From contig MU054187.1 of assembly GCA_013239625.1 (NCBI GenBank), positions 13,176,974 through 13,240,973 on the forward strand: DNA of 64,000 nt. Reading direction: 5' to 3'. Of this stretch, positions 36,601 through 50,059 are shown one piece after another. The position numbers were made by a program, and so were the translations under genes. The notes under the pieces were generated by a model. It searched no databases, was not told the DNA's origin, and worked only from the letters and a program-made list of their open reading frames with translations. Origin of the DNA: Lama guanicoe (taxonomy: Eukaryota). The first letter of the stretch is position 1. Every line of letters begins with the position of its first letter.

Positions 36601-38034
36601 GGCTTTATTCTATAGCATTTCTGTAAAACATCAGCAGTGTGCCACCTCATGTGTGTCACTGTTGTGTCTAATGCCTAATGCTACAGTAGAAACAACTGAA
36701 GCTGTCAGGTCAATTCAGTCTTGCGATTCAGAGTGTAGACACCTTAGGGTCAATCAACAGCTCAGGGTTCAGGCTCTGTTATTGGCAAGGTCAAATTTAT
36801 ACTGAACTTTCTCCTTTCTCAGGGGACCTCAGGGGGCTTCTGAGTGTAGGGGAGGCTGTCTGGATATCAGGGTGTTGCCTCTCTCCTCTCCGGTCTCTGT
36901 TGAGATACCTTCGCCCAGGTGGGCTATCGCTCTAGCCTGGGTCCTGCAGTAGCAGCAGCTGCTGTACATGGCCTCGTCTGCCCACGGGCAGCGCCAGCAC
37001 CTCCTGCTGTCTGAGCACTCTACACCTTCCTCTTCTTACCCAGCACTGAGAAGACCCCAAATGCGTGCATGGGGTCGTACGCCTGCAGGCACTCCCCCAA
37101 GCCAGGGCTAGGGCGCCGGCGATGGAGGGCGTTGCGTTGGGCTTGCTCTCACGCTGAATATTCCACGCTGCCGGTTGTCTTTATCACATCCACGCCCCAT
37201 ACAAAAATGGGAAGTGCTGTGAGGCTGCCTCCTCTCAGAATTGCAGGTGGGAGGCAGGGCCAGATCTCTTCCGCTCTCAGCATCCTAATCTGGAACTCAA
37301 TCTTGGGGCTTCTCTCGCCCTTTGTAGGTAACAACCCAGGTGCAGGTGTCAAGGAACACACTCAGTCACAATCTGGGCTTCCTCTCCTTTTATCTCCAGC
37401 CTCCTCCACTCAGACTTGGACAGAGTTTAAGAAAGATGACGTCACATCCAGTATGCTCTCTTTTCTGGCTTAAAGACCCTTTCTTGATATTTAAAGGAAG
37501 TGTTTGAAATTCAGGAAAAAACTTTTACTCTCAAGAGCCAAGCTCCTGCAAATCAGATCTTTGACTTCAAACCTAGGTACCCAGTTATTGTCTAAAATTG
37601 CCTTCATATTTTCGGTCGCATTCATCCTCCGAAGAAGCAGTCAGTAGATGCCTCAGGCAGAGCCGCAGAGTTCTAGCACATCCCAGGTAGTGAGTATATC
37701 CCTCTGGATGGGCTATCTGCATCTTTCATTGTCTGAATTATTTTACAACTCTGAACGTTGTAGACAACTGATGCCATGCAAATGATTCTTGTTCATTGGA
37801 ATGCAGATAAAGTTTCTCTGGTGGAGATACAACCATTTTGCATGTATTAGCAAATTCATTCCAGCATTTGTAAAGGCATTCATATGTGTGTAGATCTGAA
37901 TTCTCCTTTGTGCCAATTATAACAGCTAAGGTTTTCCTTATTCACTAATGAGTTAAAAAACTCTTTGACGTGCATTCATTTTATATTTGTATGAGAATTA
38001 TTTTACCTTTGTTAACAATTACTCTTTAACCATT

Positions 38035-38175
38035 TCTAAGTCCCATCGAACTGATGAGGGGATTAAGGTTCAAAGAAACTCGTCAAAGTGCCCAAGGTTA
38101 GCCAAGTGGTAACTGACAGAAGGAAAATGTGAACTTATTTGACCCCAGATTCAAGCTCCTTAATGCTGTACTGCT
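38035..38175 (-). mobile_element. MIR-family fragment
   Basis: cccat..ctgatgaggggattaaggttcaaag..gtgcccaaggttagc. Confidence 0.5.
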
Positions 38176-40794
38176 CTCTGATTAAAACATAAAGAAATCT
38201 GAAAAATATCTAGAAGGTCCCTAGACAGGTATTCTAAACATTCCAAAACTTTCCTGTGATTTTTCTTCTTTACTAACTTTGCCAACACCAATTTTGAGCC
38301 CCTGTTGAGAGATAACTTGTCTTTATACTGCAATTTTAAAGCACAAGAAGCTGTGGAATACACTGTCACGTGTGTAATTTAATAAATAGCACCCCTACCT
38401 CTCAGGTTCAATGACTGTCAGGGAAAGAAAAAGAAAGTACGATGGCGTTTGTGGACATACCCTATGGAGATTTTTCAAAGTACGTTTTTATGTACAAAGT
38501 ACCAGGCCTTATGGAAAAAAGCATGAGACAACCTTCCTATACCTCAGAAGGAATGCCTCCGATGTCTACGCCACATAATTAAATACTCTGTATGGAGACG
38601 AGGGAGGATAAAAGTAGCTTATAAGGATAACTTAAAATTGACTCTGAAGAGAGTCTGGTTAGTGACACCTCAAATGTATTTCTGACTACAAAAATTCCTA
38701 AAACTAAAAACATCACCTATATCTAGATACAGAACAAAGAATTCTTTGAGAGAAACAGAGCGGCATGTCAGCTACGTCATTTGTCAGCATTTCACAGTGC
38801 ATCAAATGCCATGTTAATTCAACCACATTTCAAATAGATTCCCTTTTCTTAAAAAAAAACAACTCACAATTGTGTAATATCCATTATAGAAAATTTGGTC
38901 AATGTAAAAGGCACAATGACGAAAATGCAAATTACCCATAGTACACCTGTATGTTTCAATATTTAACACAGATTTAGAGACGCAATGCCCATAAATCCAA
39001 GGCAAGATTCCCACCGGCAGGAAGCTCTGGGCCATGGGCATTGTGGGGACGTTTATGTTCCCACAGATCTGGGAGCATCTTCGGGATTGCACTGAATGCT
39101 GTCCATGTTTGTGCCGCTCTTCCCAGGGCAAATGGTTTGTTACCTGTGACTACTGTAAGTTAGCCACTCGTTTCCAGATGTCTTGTTAAATGGCTGTGTT
39201 TCCCAGCCACGTTCTCCCCGAAGGCTCTAGGCAGGCAGGAGAGTGAGAGAACAGAAGAGGAAAACCCACTTCATTTTGAAAGTCTGGTCCCTTCTGTTTT
39301 ACGTGCATGGTAAGACCACGCCAGGATGGCAGTCTATAGTTTAAGAGATCTGACCATTTGTCCTCTTTTCAAGGAGGCTGGATTTGATAGAGAAGAGAAA
39401 GAAGGTAAGGAAACACCACCGAGGGGCAGCAGGGAACAGAATTCTCTTCCGGGTGGTCAGAGGGAGTTTTAGCAACAGGGACCACAGTCCTTTCCACAGC
39501 TGGTGTTTTGGTTTCACTGGGGAGGGAGGGGTTTGTGTTGCTTCCAGTCCCAACAAGGCCACACTGCTTAACAGAGGTGAAGGCTTAATGTCAGAAACAC
39601 CAGCAAAAGAAGAGAAGCTTTCCTACAGCAATTCACTGTGAACACATTTTTAGTTTTTCCCTTTTTCTTTTGGACAAAATAGCCAACAGTGCGACCACTA
39701 GAATCAACCAAAATTCTCAAAACCGGTCAACTGCTGAGTCACTCCTGAGTTCAACTACCCCTCAACGATGGATTAATTCCCCTCGTCTGAATCTGCATAC
39801 TCCCCCCTGGCCTGATCACCACACACTTTTGAAAGTGCTCTGAGCTGGAGGTGAACCCCTTTCCACTGGAATGAGAACGCGGAAAATAAGAATCTGCTGT
39901 GTATCTATCTGTTGAATTTCCCATCACATATTGAAGAATTCCATGTGACTTGTGGAAGGATATGATAATACACTGCCCTTTTCACCTTCCTGCTCAGAAA
40001 ATTTTTTTCTATTGTGGAACACTACTGTAATTTTACGAAGCTCCTCAGGAGAAAAGGAGACTCATTTTAAGAAATAGGGAAAAATAATCTCCAGGGAAGA
40101 GAATGCAGCGGAAGACCACGAGGAAATGTGATATTTCCAGGAATCGAGAAACGTAACTTTTGCATTTGATGTATCACTGAGATTGGAGGCCCATCTTCAG
40201 TTTCAAACCTGCTGGGTAACTCTTTCTATCATTAGCCAATAAAAGTCTCCTTGGTTACATTTTTGTGGCACATTCCCAGGGTTATAGAGTTTCTCTTTGA
40301 GCTTTTTCCCAAGGCTTAAGGGAGGAAGGAGTTAATGCTCTTGGTCGTCAGCAAAAGAGTTACAGGCAGAGGGAAAATACATGATTGAAGAACTCAACAC
40401 TTAATTTCACATAGAGGTATTAAAAGAAAGATCTCTTGAGCTAGCAGACCATGGGACAATGGATCAGCAGTTTTAGAATCTATTTCTGACTCTGCCATTC
40501 ACTCAGGATACTGGGAAAGTCCTATGTTTCTGTTTTACAAAAATGTATTGCACCACCATGGCAATCCTTCTTGATAAAAAGGATGCTTATTGATCACCCA
40601 GAATCTGGGGACTTTTCACCAGAGCAGGAAGTAAACTGATCCTCATCTTCAAACAAAGGAGAATATAATATAAATTCAAACAGTCATCAAAAACCATTAG
40701 CAAAGACATATACAGGAATGAAGGAATAGGATCTGATGGAAATCTTCATTTCAGGGCTCCTGTAACGGTTTTATTTTCCCCATGAGTTAGAAGG

Positions 40795-40970
40795 GGGCTA
40801 ACATTTATGGAACATCATTTCCATGTGCCTGAAATGTAACGTGCTTTGTTTGCTTTAAAACCTATGGTAGGTAGTATGTCCGTTTTACAAATGACAGAGC
40901 TGAGTGTGGATTTGCTCAGAAAGCTTATTAAAGCCCCCTGTCTGGGTGGCTCTCAAGCCTGTACTTAATG
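40795..40970 (-). mobile_element. MIR fragment
   Basis: gctaacatttatgga..aacctatggtaggtagtatgtccgttttacaaatga. Confidence 0.55.
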
Positions 40971-41548
40971 CCTTTTAATTCATGGACCTAAAAGTATCTC
41001 TCATAGGTGAGTGTTACTGCCAACCAGTTGGCTGCTTTCCTGTTCTCCCCTTCCTAATTCGAGTTTCTCTCTTAAATTCCAGAGCTAGATCTAGAAATAC
41101 AGGGATTCCCAGAACTCCCTGAGATTCAACTGTGCATGGCTTACGTGATCAAATAGTCTAATGAATATGAAACCTCTTAAGGGAAGGGAGGCTCTTTGGC
41201 TCTGTTCCTTAGCAGAAGTGATTCAGACTGGGGACAGCTCAGGACCTGGGTTTTCTCGCCCTTTCTGTGCCTGCGGGAATGCTTCCCCAAGCGCGTGTTC
41301 TGTGAGTGAGAGGCCTTCTCTCTTCTGTCTCTGCTCCTTTTTCTTATGTAGTTGGTAGCAGGGTTTACTATTACCTGTGCCAAAGTTCCACGTGGGCCCA
41401 GCAGGACTCTGTCAAACCATGTGCTCCCACAGCTTCTCGGACAGACTGCCATTCTGCCTCTTGAGTACAAGGCGGCCCTGCAACCTTCACACACAAGCCC
41501 TAGCTCTGCTCCAGGAACAAATACAATTTGGGGAGAAATTCGGAACAC

Positions 41549-41949
41549 TGTGCCAGTCAGCTTCCGACCAGAGAAGCAGGACCAGTAGGCAATGACATAT
41601 AAGACGTTAATCACAAGGCTTCGGCTTAGAGGACGTGAAGGCCAGCTCAGGAAGTCTGAAAATGCACAGGACAGGCTGTCAGCAAGGGCAGGCTGAAACT
41701 CTCCGCACAGGCTGAGGCCGCTGTCCGAAGGTGGAATTTCTTCCTCATCACCTCTGCTTTCCTATGGCCTTTCAGCCGCTGAATCAGGCCCGCCTTGAAT
41801 ATCTCAGCTGCTCTCTCTTACTTAGAGTCAACTCGTTATGGGTTTTAGTCACATCAGCAAAACGCCTCACTGCAACCCCTAGAGCAGTGTTTGACTGTGC
41901 AACTGGAGGTCACAGCCCAGCCAAGTTGCCCCATCAAAAGGCCATCACA
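41549..41949 (-). mobile_element. Full-length MLT2 (MLT2E/F-like) ERVL solo LTR
   Basis: Reverse strand starts tgtgatgg..caacttggctgggct and ends ctactggtcctgcttctctgg..ctgactggcaca; near-TSD aacac/aaccc. Confidence 0.85.
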
Positions 41950-42514
41950 AACCCGGAGTAGTTGGTTGTATCAAGTTTTCAAAAGCCAAAGGATGGCAGG
42001 AAAGTCCGAAGCAGGTGAGAGGGTTGCAGTGATGGAAGGGAGGAGGAGGGGAGGGGCAGAGGGAGGAATAAGTCTCATGTCGGAACTGCCTGGATCAGGC
42101 CCAGAGAGCTCCCAGAGCCAGCTGGGCAGGGCCCCTTCACTGGGTAGTTGGCCTCTCATTCAGCTCCCATCAGATCCCCACCTCTAACCCCATATTTACA
42201 TATCACAGTGACACTTGATATTCATAAGAGATTTATAACTATCAAATAATTCTGGCTCTCTGGTGACAAGATAGGAAATTAGGAGAGTCTGCTTAAAGTT
42301 TTATACAAGGCAAACAACAGCAGAGGATATGTCTGTTCTACAAAGTAGACACTGAATCTAAAAGTGATGTATGACTGTAAATAAAACCAAAAAAATGTGC
42401 AAAAATACTAGTGGAGAAATCCAGAAGAAAAATTCTAGATCTTATTGACCGCCCCCCCCAATATTTTTTCTTGAGCATCTTTTCTATTGCATTTCAAAAT
42501 GCTTAGCCTGGCAT

Positions 42515-44212
42515 TCAGATAAACTCAGAATGGATTAAAGACTTAAATGTAACACCTGAAACCTCAAAACTTCTTGAAGAAAACATAGGCAGTAAACTTT
42601 TTGAAATCACTGTCAGTAATACTTTTTGGGTATGTCTTCTCAGGCAAGGAAAATAAAAGAGAAATAAATAAATGGGACTACATCAAACTAAAAAGCTTTT
42701 GCACAGGAAACTATATGTTTTGATCAGAAACTATCAACAAAACATAAAGGCCACCTACTGAATGCAAGAATATATTTGCAAGAGATATGTCTGATAAGGT
42801 ATTAATGTCCAAAATATACAAAGAACTCACACAATTCAACATCAAAAAACAAAAAAACAACTTGATTTAAAAATGGGCAGAAGATCTGAATAAACATTTT
42901 TCCAAAGAAGACATACAGATGGTCTACAGACTCATAAAAAGATGCTCAGCATCACAAGTCATTAGGGAAATGCAAATCAAAGCTACAGTAAGATATCACC
43001 TCACACTGTCAGAATGACTATTATCAAAAAACAACAAATAACAAGTGTTGACCAGGATGTGGTGAAAAGGTAACCCTTGTGCACTGTTGGTGGGGATGTA
43101 AACTAGTGCAACCACTATGGAAAATAGTATGGAGATGCCTCAAAAAAATAAAAATGAACTACCATATGGCCCAGCAATTCCACTCTGGGGTATTTATCTG
43201 AAGAAAACAAAAACACGAATTAGAAAAGTTATACACACCCCTGTGTTCATTGTTAGCATTATTTACTATAGCTGTCATATGAAGGCAACCTAGATGCCCA
43301 TCAATAGATGATTGGATAACGAATATGTGATAAGTGTATTTCTATGACAGAATATTACTCAGCCATCAAAAAGAATGAAATCTTACTATTTGGGACAACA
43401 TGGATGGGCCTAGAGGGTAATTACGGTAAGGGAAGTGATTCAGACAAAGAAAGACAAATACTATATGATTTCACTTACATGTGAATCTAAAAAAATAAAA
43501 CAAAACAAATGAACAAACATAACAAAACAGAATTACAGATACAGAGAACAAAGAGGTGGTTGCCAGAGTAGACTCAGTGTGAGAGGGGACAGAAATAGTG
43601 AGGGAGATTACAAGGTACAAACTTCCAGTTGCAAAATAAATGAATCCAAAGTATGAAATGTAGAGTATGGGGAATACAGTCAATAACTATGTCATGTCTT
43701 TGTATCTAACTAGACTTATCCAGGTGATCATTGGAAATGCATAGAAATCTTGAATTACCCTGTTGTGTAACAGGAACCAACATAGTGCTGTAGGTCAATT
43801 ACATTTCAAAATCAATCAAACAAACTCATAGAAAGAGACCAGATTTGTGGTTACCAGAGGTGGGCAAGGGTGGGAGCAGGAACAGGATGAAATTGGTTGA
43901 AAAAGTACAAACGTTTAGTTATAAGACAAATAAGTACCAGGGATTTAATGTACAACATGATAAAAATAATGAACACTGCAGTATGTTATGTATGAAAGTT
44001 TTCGGGAGGGTGAATCCTAAGAGTTTTCATCACAAGTATAAAACTTTTCTATTTCTTCCATTTTGTTTCTATATGAGATGATGGATATTCGCTAAACATA
44101 TTATGATACTCAATTCATGATGTATTTAAGTCAAGTCATTATGCTGTATACCTTAAACTTATATAGTGCTGTATGTCAATTATGTCTCAAGACAACTGGA
44201 AGAAAAAAATAA
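42515..44212 (+). mobile_element. L1 (laurasiatherian, L1MA-age) ORF2 end plus long 3' UTR
   Basis: aactcagaatggattaaagacttaaatgtaa, aatgggactacatcaaactaaaaagcttttgcacag, ccatatggcccagcaattccact; ends tatgtcaattatgtctcaa..ctggaagaaaaaaa. Confidence 0.92.
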
Positions 44213-46949
44213 ATATAGGGTTGGAGGTAAAGAGAAAGAGGGGGAAAAGGGAATAAAAAAGGTTAATCTTCTCTGATTGTATCACCAATTAGCTCTTGAG
44301 GATATAACATGAATTTTGAGGGAGCCATGCATCTCAGATGTGAGTACAGATGGACAGTCAGATCTACGACATGATTAGCACTTTATTGTTTCTTAATTTT
44401 ATAACTTTCATAGTTACACAAATGATTTCATAATATTGTGACCCTTTCCTAAGTGTAGATTGTTAAAATCTGGAATACAACAAAAATAGAAAAATTGTGG
44501 GAACACCACAGATGGAATGAAATTTCTGTAAGATAACAATAACTATCTTATAAATCATGAATCTTAGGGTAGGGAGAAGGAATAATAAGGACCATTTCAA
44601 CAAATAATGTTCTTGAAGTTTGTCAGATTTGTTCTGATGTCATTTTTAAATAGTTACTGCCAAAACCTTATCTTATAACGTCCACACCCAGTTCTCAGTG
44701 AAAACACATCCTGAAGATATTTCAGTTTGTATGGTTAAAAATAAAATAAACAGAAAACCACTGGAAATCCAAAAATTACAAATGCTCAAAAACAGGGGCA
44801 ATCAGCTTTTATAATACTTGCTCTAAATATGTTCTCAGATATATTTTCAGAAATGCAGGTAGAGTTGTCTTCATGTAGAAGCGTCAGTGAACTCTGCTCA
44901 GAACATCTCTACCTTTTCCTGGATGCCCAGTCACACTGCCTGTGCTGAGGCCAAATGCATTATCTTCTTCCCTCTTGAGCTATTTGGGTATTCAGTTTAT
45001 GCTTAAAAACTTTTGCATGCTTAACATTAACATTCTGATGCTGAGGACTTGGTCCTGCCTTCATTCTATAGACTTATTTTCTAGCAATCAATTTGAACTG
45101 AAATTGAGTTCACAAGCCTAAGAGATGGGACTTTTTGTCACCTCATATTTCTAACTATGAAAGTCGTGAAGTTAAGAAACAATAAAGTGCTATGAGTCTT
45201 CTTGCTCAATGACAGAGAGGTTAAGGCAGGGATTATAGAAGCATTGTTTGGCGGAGGGTCCCTCTTTCTATCCATCCCTTTTTTATTTTGCATCCAAACA
45301 TGAAGACTTACTAAATTAATTCACATGGAATTAAATCACAAATGATGAAATGCTAGGCTACCCCAAGCAAGGGGAGGAAGGAGAGAAGGATAGAGGTCTT
45401 TGGAGGATGGAGGCCCCTTTTTGTATCCACATTGGAAGCTGTCCCCTTTCTTTTTAGATCAAATCTGCCATCAGTAGCATATACATCCTCCTACTTACTC
45501 AGATTCTTCAAGTTGAAGCTGTTGCCTCTTTAGACTCTTGCCTGACCACCTAGAGTGATCTTTCTCTTTTTGGAATTGTTGTAGTATGTGTGGTCTGAAA
45601 ACAGTCCAGCTCCTGATTTCACACAGACTCGTATGGCTCCCTAGCAATTTTGTATGCTCTCTTCTCGTTAGGTAGACTGAGATCATGTCTCTTCTTTCTT
45701 TCGCACCTCTGAGCACAGCTGGCGCTGAAGACGCTTGTCCACGTTTCATCCTTTCCCTTTTTCATACTCCACCCGCATCTGCTCTCCTGGCCACCTCTGA
45801 TCCTACGCCTTTTGTTTCTAACTCCTTTTTCTGTCAATATATCACTTTTCTGTGTCTCTTTTCTTTTGAGCCCTATTATCTGCTCTCTAAGAGGCTGGTT
45901 AATATCTAATTATTTAATTCTATAAAACATGGCTTCATCCATACAAAATTGCCACTTTTTGACCTACCAAAGCAACTACTTTACATGGTTTAACCTAATA
46001 GATGAAGTCTTATTATCTCTCACACATGATATCTGGTGAAAAAAAGTTATATTCCAGAGGAATGAATTCATCACAATTCTAATTTAGCCTTAGCAGTTTA
46101 GCAGGGGAAATATTTGGGGCATTAAAATGCCCTGACAACATTTCTCAATACTACCTGTTAGACAGCTAATCTGCATGCAGAAGTTCAGGCCCCCGTCCTT
46201 CCTGGAAACACACCATCAGGATAGTTAGTATCTGTTGACTTCTTTCTTCCTTCAGCGCCCTTCATGTTAACAATATAGGCTAGAAATTGCCTATAGGCGC
46301 CAAGATGAATGGAAAGTGAATAGATGAAAGCTTACTTTTGCTACCAAATATCTTTCATGTACATACAGTTCAAATTAACAGATGGAATAAGATTGTAGGC
46401 AACACATAGAACGTTGGAGAACAAGGTACTTTCAAGAGATTTCAAGTTCATCAGATAACCATTTACAAACATTTGCTGTGTCATTTATAATGACTCCTCT
46501 CTTTGGGACCTGGAATAACCAATTTGTATGAATTTTCCCATCTGTACACTAAGAAGGTTGGACCAGATGTACAGGGGCTTTCAAATTTTATCTTCTGCAA
46601 AAGCCATTTTGTAATGATTTCTAGGCAATGATACTTTAAACCCTTGAAAGTAAAACTAGAAGTCATTAAAATCACATAATGCCCATATCCTATAATGGAC
46701 TTTGCATTAAATCTCAATTCTTACCTTCCTTGGTCTGAATTATTGAGGGTTTATTCTATTTTATTGGAGTGAATTCCATTAGTGTTTGCAACAAAGCAGA
46801 TTCCTATTTTTATTGGCTTGTTACAGTTTGGGATTTTTGAAAAGAATTTGTTCATATTTTAGAGAGCTAGATGGCCAAAAAAATTGAAAATGGCTAAAGA
46901 AGACAATTCAGGAAGACAGCTTTAGAACTCTTATTGAGGCTGTTTCCAA

Positions 46950-47145
46950 CTTTCAGGCACTGTATTTGTTCTACTATAGGGGCACTCTTATTTTGCCTTT
47001 GCCTCAATTATCTGTATGTTGTGTCTCCTATCAGACTACTAGCTTCCTGAGGAGAGAGACTGCATATTACTCACTGTGGACAGCTGAAGAGTCTAGCACA
47101 ATATTTTGCACATCTTAGGTGCTCCATTAATATTAACTGAATTCC
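46950..47145 (+). mobile_element. L2 3' fragment
   Basis: tgtctcctatcagactactagcttcctgagg..gtctagcaca..gcacatcttaggtgctccattaatattaactgaat. Confidence 0.7.
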
Positions 47146-47159
47146 CCTTAATTATAACA

Positions 47160-47325
47160 TTGTAGAATTTCAGAGCGAGAGGAGAACCTCTGAGATCATC
47201 ACAAACATTTTGCAACTAGGAAAGCTGAGGCCCAGAGGAGTTAAGTCACTGGTGCAGTGTTACACAAATGTTATGATCACGAAGAACGATAACTGTGTGA
47301 GAGCCCCTGGGATCCAGCCCTGTTT
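47160..47325 (-). mobile_element. MIR3/MIRc fragment
   Basis: tagaatttcagagc..gagatcatc..cattttgca..ggaaagctgaggcccagag. Confidence 0.65.
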
Positions 47326-47849
47326 GCTGGGTTTCAGAAATAAGGGAGGCCCTGCCAAATCTTCCCCGTTCTTGGTGGCCCAAACTAATGCGGTCACATT
47401 TGCAAGTGCAAGAAAACCCATTTTTTTTCTTTTTTGGTGGCTTGATTCATGATGTAGCATTAACCTGCTTTCCTGTTGTTATAGTCACTCCTTCCCCCAG
47501 TAAAGACTCTGTATTGTGTTGCATCCACATGTGCCATGGAGGAAGTAATGTTTCCATAAGAGGTGGATGGTCTCTGAAAATAAAGTTTGTTGATAAGCAT
47601 AGGATGTTGCAATAGACCAAATCCAACAGACCTTTAAGTGAGTGTTGGTATAACCTCCCCAGACCCCAGACCCACATTTCATGCCACGTCCACACGTCAC
47701 CAAGCTCCACCAGCCTAGCAGGTCGAAGCAGAAGAGATTCTTTAAGACCAGTCCCCTATGGTTTTGAAATTATATTGCTTGCTGTTTCCTGCTATAAAAT
47801 ACTGTGAGCTAAAATATTTTCAGATGTGAGCTTTCATAACAGCTTCCCT

Positions 47850-48195
47850 TCATCTTACTGCAAGAGTAATATAAGTTGATTACAGAAAAAAAGAAAATGT
47901 AGATAAGAGGGGAAAAAAACAAAATAAAAATTGACTGGAATCCTACCACACTGAGACACTGCGATAACTACAGGTAACGTTTTCATGCTTATGTGCACAC
48001 AGAGTGATGTCTATTACATATTTTTCATGTAATATTAAGTATCTTTCCTTGATAATACATTTTAATATAAATCTTTGTTAGTGTCCACATTATTTTCCAG
48101 TGAATTGATGTACTCTAGTTTATCAAATTTTTTCCTGTTGCATGTATAGATTATTTCCAATCTTTCCATATTTAATGATAATCTAAGCATATTTA
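47850..48195 (-). mobile_element. Ancient L1ME 3' fragment
   Basis: aatcctaccac..gataactac..; ttcctgttgcatgtatagattatttccaatcttt. Confidence 0.45.
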
Positions 48196-50059
48196 GTAAG
48201 CACCAAAGTCATTATTTTTTTCTGCCTTTACTTGTTCATGTTTTAGTATTTTAAAACACTGACAAAATCACTGTTAAAATCTGCAGTGTAGTACCATTTT
48301 TATGAGTTAGTATATAGCTGGAGATTCTGCTGAAATGATCTTCATAGGAAAGATCACCTACGAACAGGCACAATTTGTTTCCGGTAATCCAAGCTAGCTC
48401 ATGCTGACTGGGAAACAGAAAAAAAAAAAATGATGTCGATATACTGAGAATTTTCATATGAAATTTATACATGGGCTTTTCCCCAGCATGATAATGTTTT
48501 ACATCATCAAATAATGGCAGTTAAATGCAAATTATATGAGCGCCACTGACTGCGAGCTGCAGGGGTATTCAGTACTGTGCTACGTCCTTGTACCCCCAAC
48601 CTCCCCATTAACTTGGTTTTGGTTACATGCTCTGTCTTTGAAGTCCTTGCTGTGATGTCCTTCTGACACGTGGGCATTTCATCCTGGCTTCCATGACTCA
48701 GTAACCTCAACCTTTCCTTATTTCTTTATCCATGAAGATGAATTCACCATTAAAAAAAAAATCAACATCTTTTAACTTTGTCATTAACTTAATTAGATTA
48801 TTTTCTTTGTTGATGCTCTGATTACAAAGTTGCATAGGTTTTGAGTGATCTATATCTAATTTTCTTTTCTCTATTAGCCTTGTTATGTTTTAGTACAATT
48901 TTGCAGGATGTGGAGTTATTCAGAAATGCATATATTGCATTGCAGCCAAAACCTTTATCCCATGCTAAGGCTTCTGAGCAAAGATAGCAGAATAAAATCA
49001 AATCATTAATAATTCCTCTCCTGATACCTCACAAAATGACCCTCCTTTTCCCCCAACCAAAAAGAGGAAAAAAAAAAACAATAGCAAGCTGATAAGGAAA
49101 TGGATAAAATTCCATGATATAAACTTTAGAAAAAAACAGAATATTTGTGTGTGGTTTCCAATCATCATCCCTGTGTTTCCAAAAACACGGTATCAAGGAA
49201 AGAAAGCAAAACAAGAAAATCCAAAGGACTCTTTTTTACATGCCCTGGTGTAAAAGATTGTATCCTAAAAGGATGAGTATGCAGTTTTAGAAAATTAGAG
49301 GAAAAATTCTTCAGAGTAGGAAGCCCTAGCTAACTACCATCAGCAGGCTAGAGATGCAAAAAAATTCTATGCTCAGTCATTTTTAGGAGCCCACGCCCTA
49401 AACTTAAAGATCCAAAGCAGGAGTGTGCATCCAGGGAATAAAATACACCTTGACTGGGGCTGGGGTCGGAGTCGGACTGAGTCTGGTACAGGACAGTTAA
49501 CAAAATCAGGGGAAAGAACAGAGCTTTGGTTGTCTAACAAATGCTGTTCAGTTTACAAAAAATAGGTAATACCATAATCTTCCAGCTCACCAGTGGTCAC
49601 TTGGAGTGGGAGATAAACAGGAATCAGCTAAAAGAGAGTGGTGTGCTAAAAAATTTTCAACCTCTATCACACTTTTTGGAAGTCCTGGATTGAAAGGTCA
49701 AGTTGAAATATGAAGAGGATTAGAAACAGTATGATAAGTATGCAAATATTTTGCCTCTCTTTCTCTCTCTCTCCAAAAAGAAGAAAAATACGCGTGACAA
49801 GATCTCTAATTTAATTGTGTACAACTGAGTTGTGTAAGGAAACTTTATTTTCTCTAGAACTGCTCTGATCTTCCTCACAAGCATACACCTCAGTGGGTAG
49901 CAGGGGAGACGTCAGCAGAGTGTCCTGATACAGTCATCAAAATAGACCCCTAGGTAAATACTCGGTCTCTGCGTTGCAGCTGCCACATGTCTTAGATCTA
50001 CACTCAGTGAGAACTCCACCAGGCAGTGTTATAAATTTTTATTTCTACAGTCGTAAATA

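Noticed and set aside
41177..41961. Cluster of 70-145 aa ORFs
   Set aside because: They overlap or abut the MLT2 LTR and show no recognisable homology
48525..48532. Octamer ATGCAAAT (also elsewhere in the window)
   Set aside because: Expected several times by chance in AT-rich DNA of this length
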